Of a DNA stretch of 64,000 bases, positions 61,517 through 64,000 are shown piece by piece; position 1 is the first letter of the stretch, and each line of letters begins with the position of its first letter. The notes under the pieces are model-generated. The model was not told the DNA's origin. It saw only the letters and a list, made by a program, of their open reading frames with translations, and ran no database searches. The translations under genes were made by a program, and so were the position numbers. Where the stretch lies: assembly GCA_965644295.1 (NCBI GenBank), contig CBFFRP010000097.1, positions 188,486-252,485 of the forward strand, read 5' to 3'. Origin of the DNA: Paraphysomonas bandaiensis. Taxonomy: Eukaryota > Protista > Chrysophyceae.

Positions 61517-64000
61517 CCATCCATTTCATTGTTTCTGCGTATGACTTCCCTTTCATGACAACAGGTATACCCTCTGGTGTTCGCACCACAAAAGCACGAT
61601 GCTCTTTCAACTCCTTCACCTCCGCTCCTCCCCATAAGCATGAAGCCGTCATATTAGGTATCAGATCAAACTTACACTTCCATATGCTTTGTATCGGATG
61701 TCCAGTCTTCAATTCTCCCAACATTTCACCATAATACTCCACTCCGTCTATTCGCATACATAGATATACATACTTTGTCACTCGTTCCGGACATCTTCCT
61801 TGTCCTGTAGCTCCCATCACCAGGTATTGTTGATCCCTTGGATACTCATGAACTTCTAAACCCATTTCTTCTGCTAGCCCTTCATGCATGAATGCTCCCT
61901 CTGATCCACCATCCACATGAATTGCCATCGGTATCGTCTCTCCTCTTACAATCGCTTGAAACAAAATAGCAAGGCATGGCAAGAACTTGGAGATGTGTTA
62001 AAAAGAAAATTCGTACAAATGGTAGCCGATGCAAAAGAAGAGCAGGTGAAGAGTATGAGGAATGTCTTACATCATGTGCGGACCGTAAGAGAGCCGACCA
62101 AGGAAAGGGTAGAGGAAGCCAGAGGATTAGAGACGGTGAAGTCAGAAGATGGAAACCAGCAAGTGTCTAATAGAAAAGTCAGTGTGGCACATACGATGAC
62201 GTCACCGGCACAACATGATGATAAGAAGATAAGGATGGATACTTTAACTTGGTGGTGTGGAGACATGACCTCAAATATCTTCTCCAAAGTCTTCGCCTCA
62301 AACTTAGCAAATCTCCATGGCTTATATCCGTTAAACTCCGCACATTTCATATATGTCCCGTCATCTTTCTTCCTATCATCTCTAAATGGACAAAAACGGT
62401 TCATATAGTGTTTAAACCCACATGTCTCACACTTAACGAACTTCCATGGTCGGGTATTTCTTTCTAGTCCATCTATCCTTCGTTCACACTTTTCTGGAGC
62501 TGCTCTTCCCGCATACACTCCATGCGACCTTACCACCTTCTCACTCTTACTGTTAAGACTGTCTTGATCCACTATCCGAGGTACAATCTGTGCAACAGTA
62601 GACACTAAAAAGTTCCGATCATATTGCACGTTCCTCACTCCCATACACTGCTTTATTTGGATAATGCTCTCCACTTCATCTGCTACTCTTTTACCTACTC
62701 GTGGCATATCTATAGTCTTCACCTTGAACTTGTGATATAACTCTCTCTCTGGCTCAGTTACTCCCGCTTGAGTAATTAAATATCTTAACTCCATCAGAGA
62801 CTTCTCAAACGCCTGTGGTGATTCGTCGGATAACTCGAACCTATCGATCTCCATCATTAATACTGCAGGATCCATCTTTACCCCGAAGGCTTCTGTAAAC
62901 AATATGGAGAACTGATACAGTGCATATCCCCATGCCACAACATCCGTCTCAGGGGTCTCCTCTGCTCGTCTGTTCCTATCTATGTCCATCTCGAAGTCAC
63001 CTGATGCCATTCTCCATCTTACCTCTTCAGCTAACTCTCCTTTGAATACTGTTCCTCCTCTTATCTCCGCTAAAATTCTCATGGGTGACATATTCGCAGT
63101 ATGCGCTGCTGCATAAAGACTATCAAAGAACTGGACACAATCCACTCTCTTCACCATTCCTGCAGAGCGTCCTAAAGCATCAAAGTCTATAGGTTGGAAT
63201 CTCAGCTTTCCTGCAGTCTCCATCCTCATCCATCGAGGTATGGGTATCCCTTCCCCAATAAGTCAAACACATGCTGCGCAACATTCCGAGTCCTTAGAAA
63301 ACTCTGACACTTTTCCTCTAATTGCCTATCCAAACTACTCTTGTACTCCTTTCCCACCATATTACACCAGCGGCAGAATGTCTTATATCCACATGTCTCT
63401 GCTTCTTTCCGTGTCATAGTCTGTATTCCTGATAAAGGCCCTCTCATCACTCCCTTCCTATATACGCTTGCGTCGTTCTCCCAGTCATCGCTATCTGTTT
63501 CATCAACTTCCTCCATTACACGCATCCTGTCTAAGGTCCTTCTATTGCTATCACACATGCTCTCTCCTTTTTGTATCCACAACATCCTTGCCTTCTCTGA
63601 TAACTCCTTCCTAGCAGCTAACAGCGCCTCTTGCTGAGCCTCCACATACTGTATCCTCTCCCCTATTCGGTTTAGTTCAGTCAGCTGGCTGAGCATCTTT
63701 ATACCCGTCTCCATACTACCACTCAATAGTCTTCTTCGATTCCGGAGCCAATATTCACACGCCTGACGGTGCGCTGCAGTCAACCCTTCATTTCCTACTC
63801 CTATTTCTAATTCTCTCATCAACAGTCGATGCAACTCTCTTTCACTCTGTATACTTCCACTTAATCTCCCAATCTGTCCTTTTACACTCCGTTCTCTACT
63901 AGTCTCCACCAGCCATTCAGGTACTCTCATCTGCTTTTCTATCTCTTCTCCAAGACCTCTGGATAGGTCCCTAAAATTCACTTCTCTCACATAATCCTCT
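61517..64000 (-). mobile_element. Truncated, rearranged Gag-aspartic protease retroelement (LTR-retrotransposon-like)
   Basis: Intronless purine-rich minus-strand ORFs with zinc knuckle CETCGFKHYMNRFC and retropepsin motif IHVDGGSEGAFM...WGG. No RT or integrase before the mitoferrin stop. Runs off the window end. Confidence 0.7.

Overview
Eukaryotic, AT-rich, gene-dense window with short GT-AG introns (mostly ~45-100 bp). It is most likely from a stramenopile, inferred from an APS kinase-ATP sulfurylase-pyrophosphatase fusion, a TMEM94-like gene and an algal-type MsrB. About 23 protein-coding genes can be supported: LEA-like protein, cysteine dioxygenase-like cupin, MsrB-like, GT31, CCCH-DEDDh exonuclease, GH55, ENT transporter, OGG1, PX protein, TPK K+ channel, a minimal Qb-SNARE absent from the ORF track, GH32, a putative mitochondrial protein, two ankyrin proteins, a CDPK-like kinase, a PT-repeat membrane protein, an FAD monooxygenase, TMEM94, an acylated QQGYP-repeat protein, an atypical bZIP, PAPS synthase-PPase and mitoferrin. 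Most of these sit in head-to-head pairs. The intergenic space holds several mobile elements: a rearranged Mutator-like element, a second TIR element, MITEs, a non-LTR remnant and a truncated Gag-protease retroelement with an internal inversion. There are also long (TATG)n tracts. I found no unambiguous new multi-gene system. The best leads are a PAPS synthase-PPase with a hidden spliced N-terminal membrane anchor, the divergent CDO-like/MsrB pair, the pervasive divergent-pair layout with TAC/GTA-rich spacers, and the inverted TE segments. All family calls come from motif recognition by eye, not from database searches.
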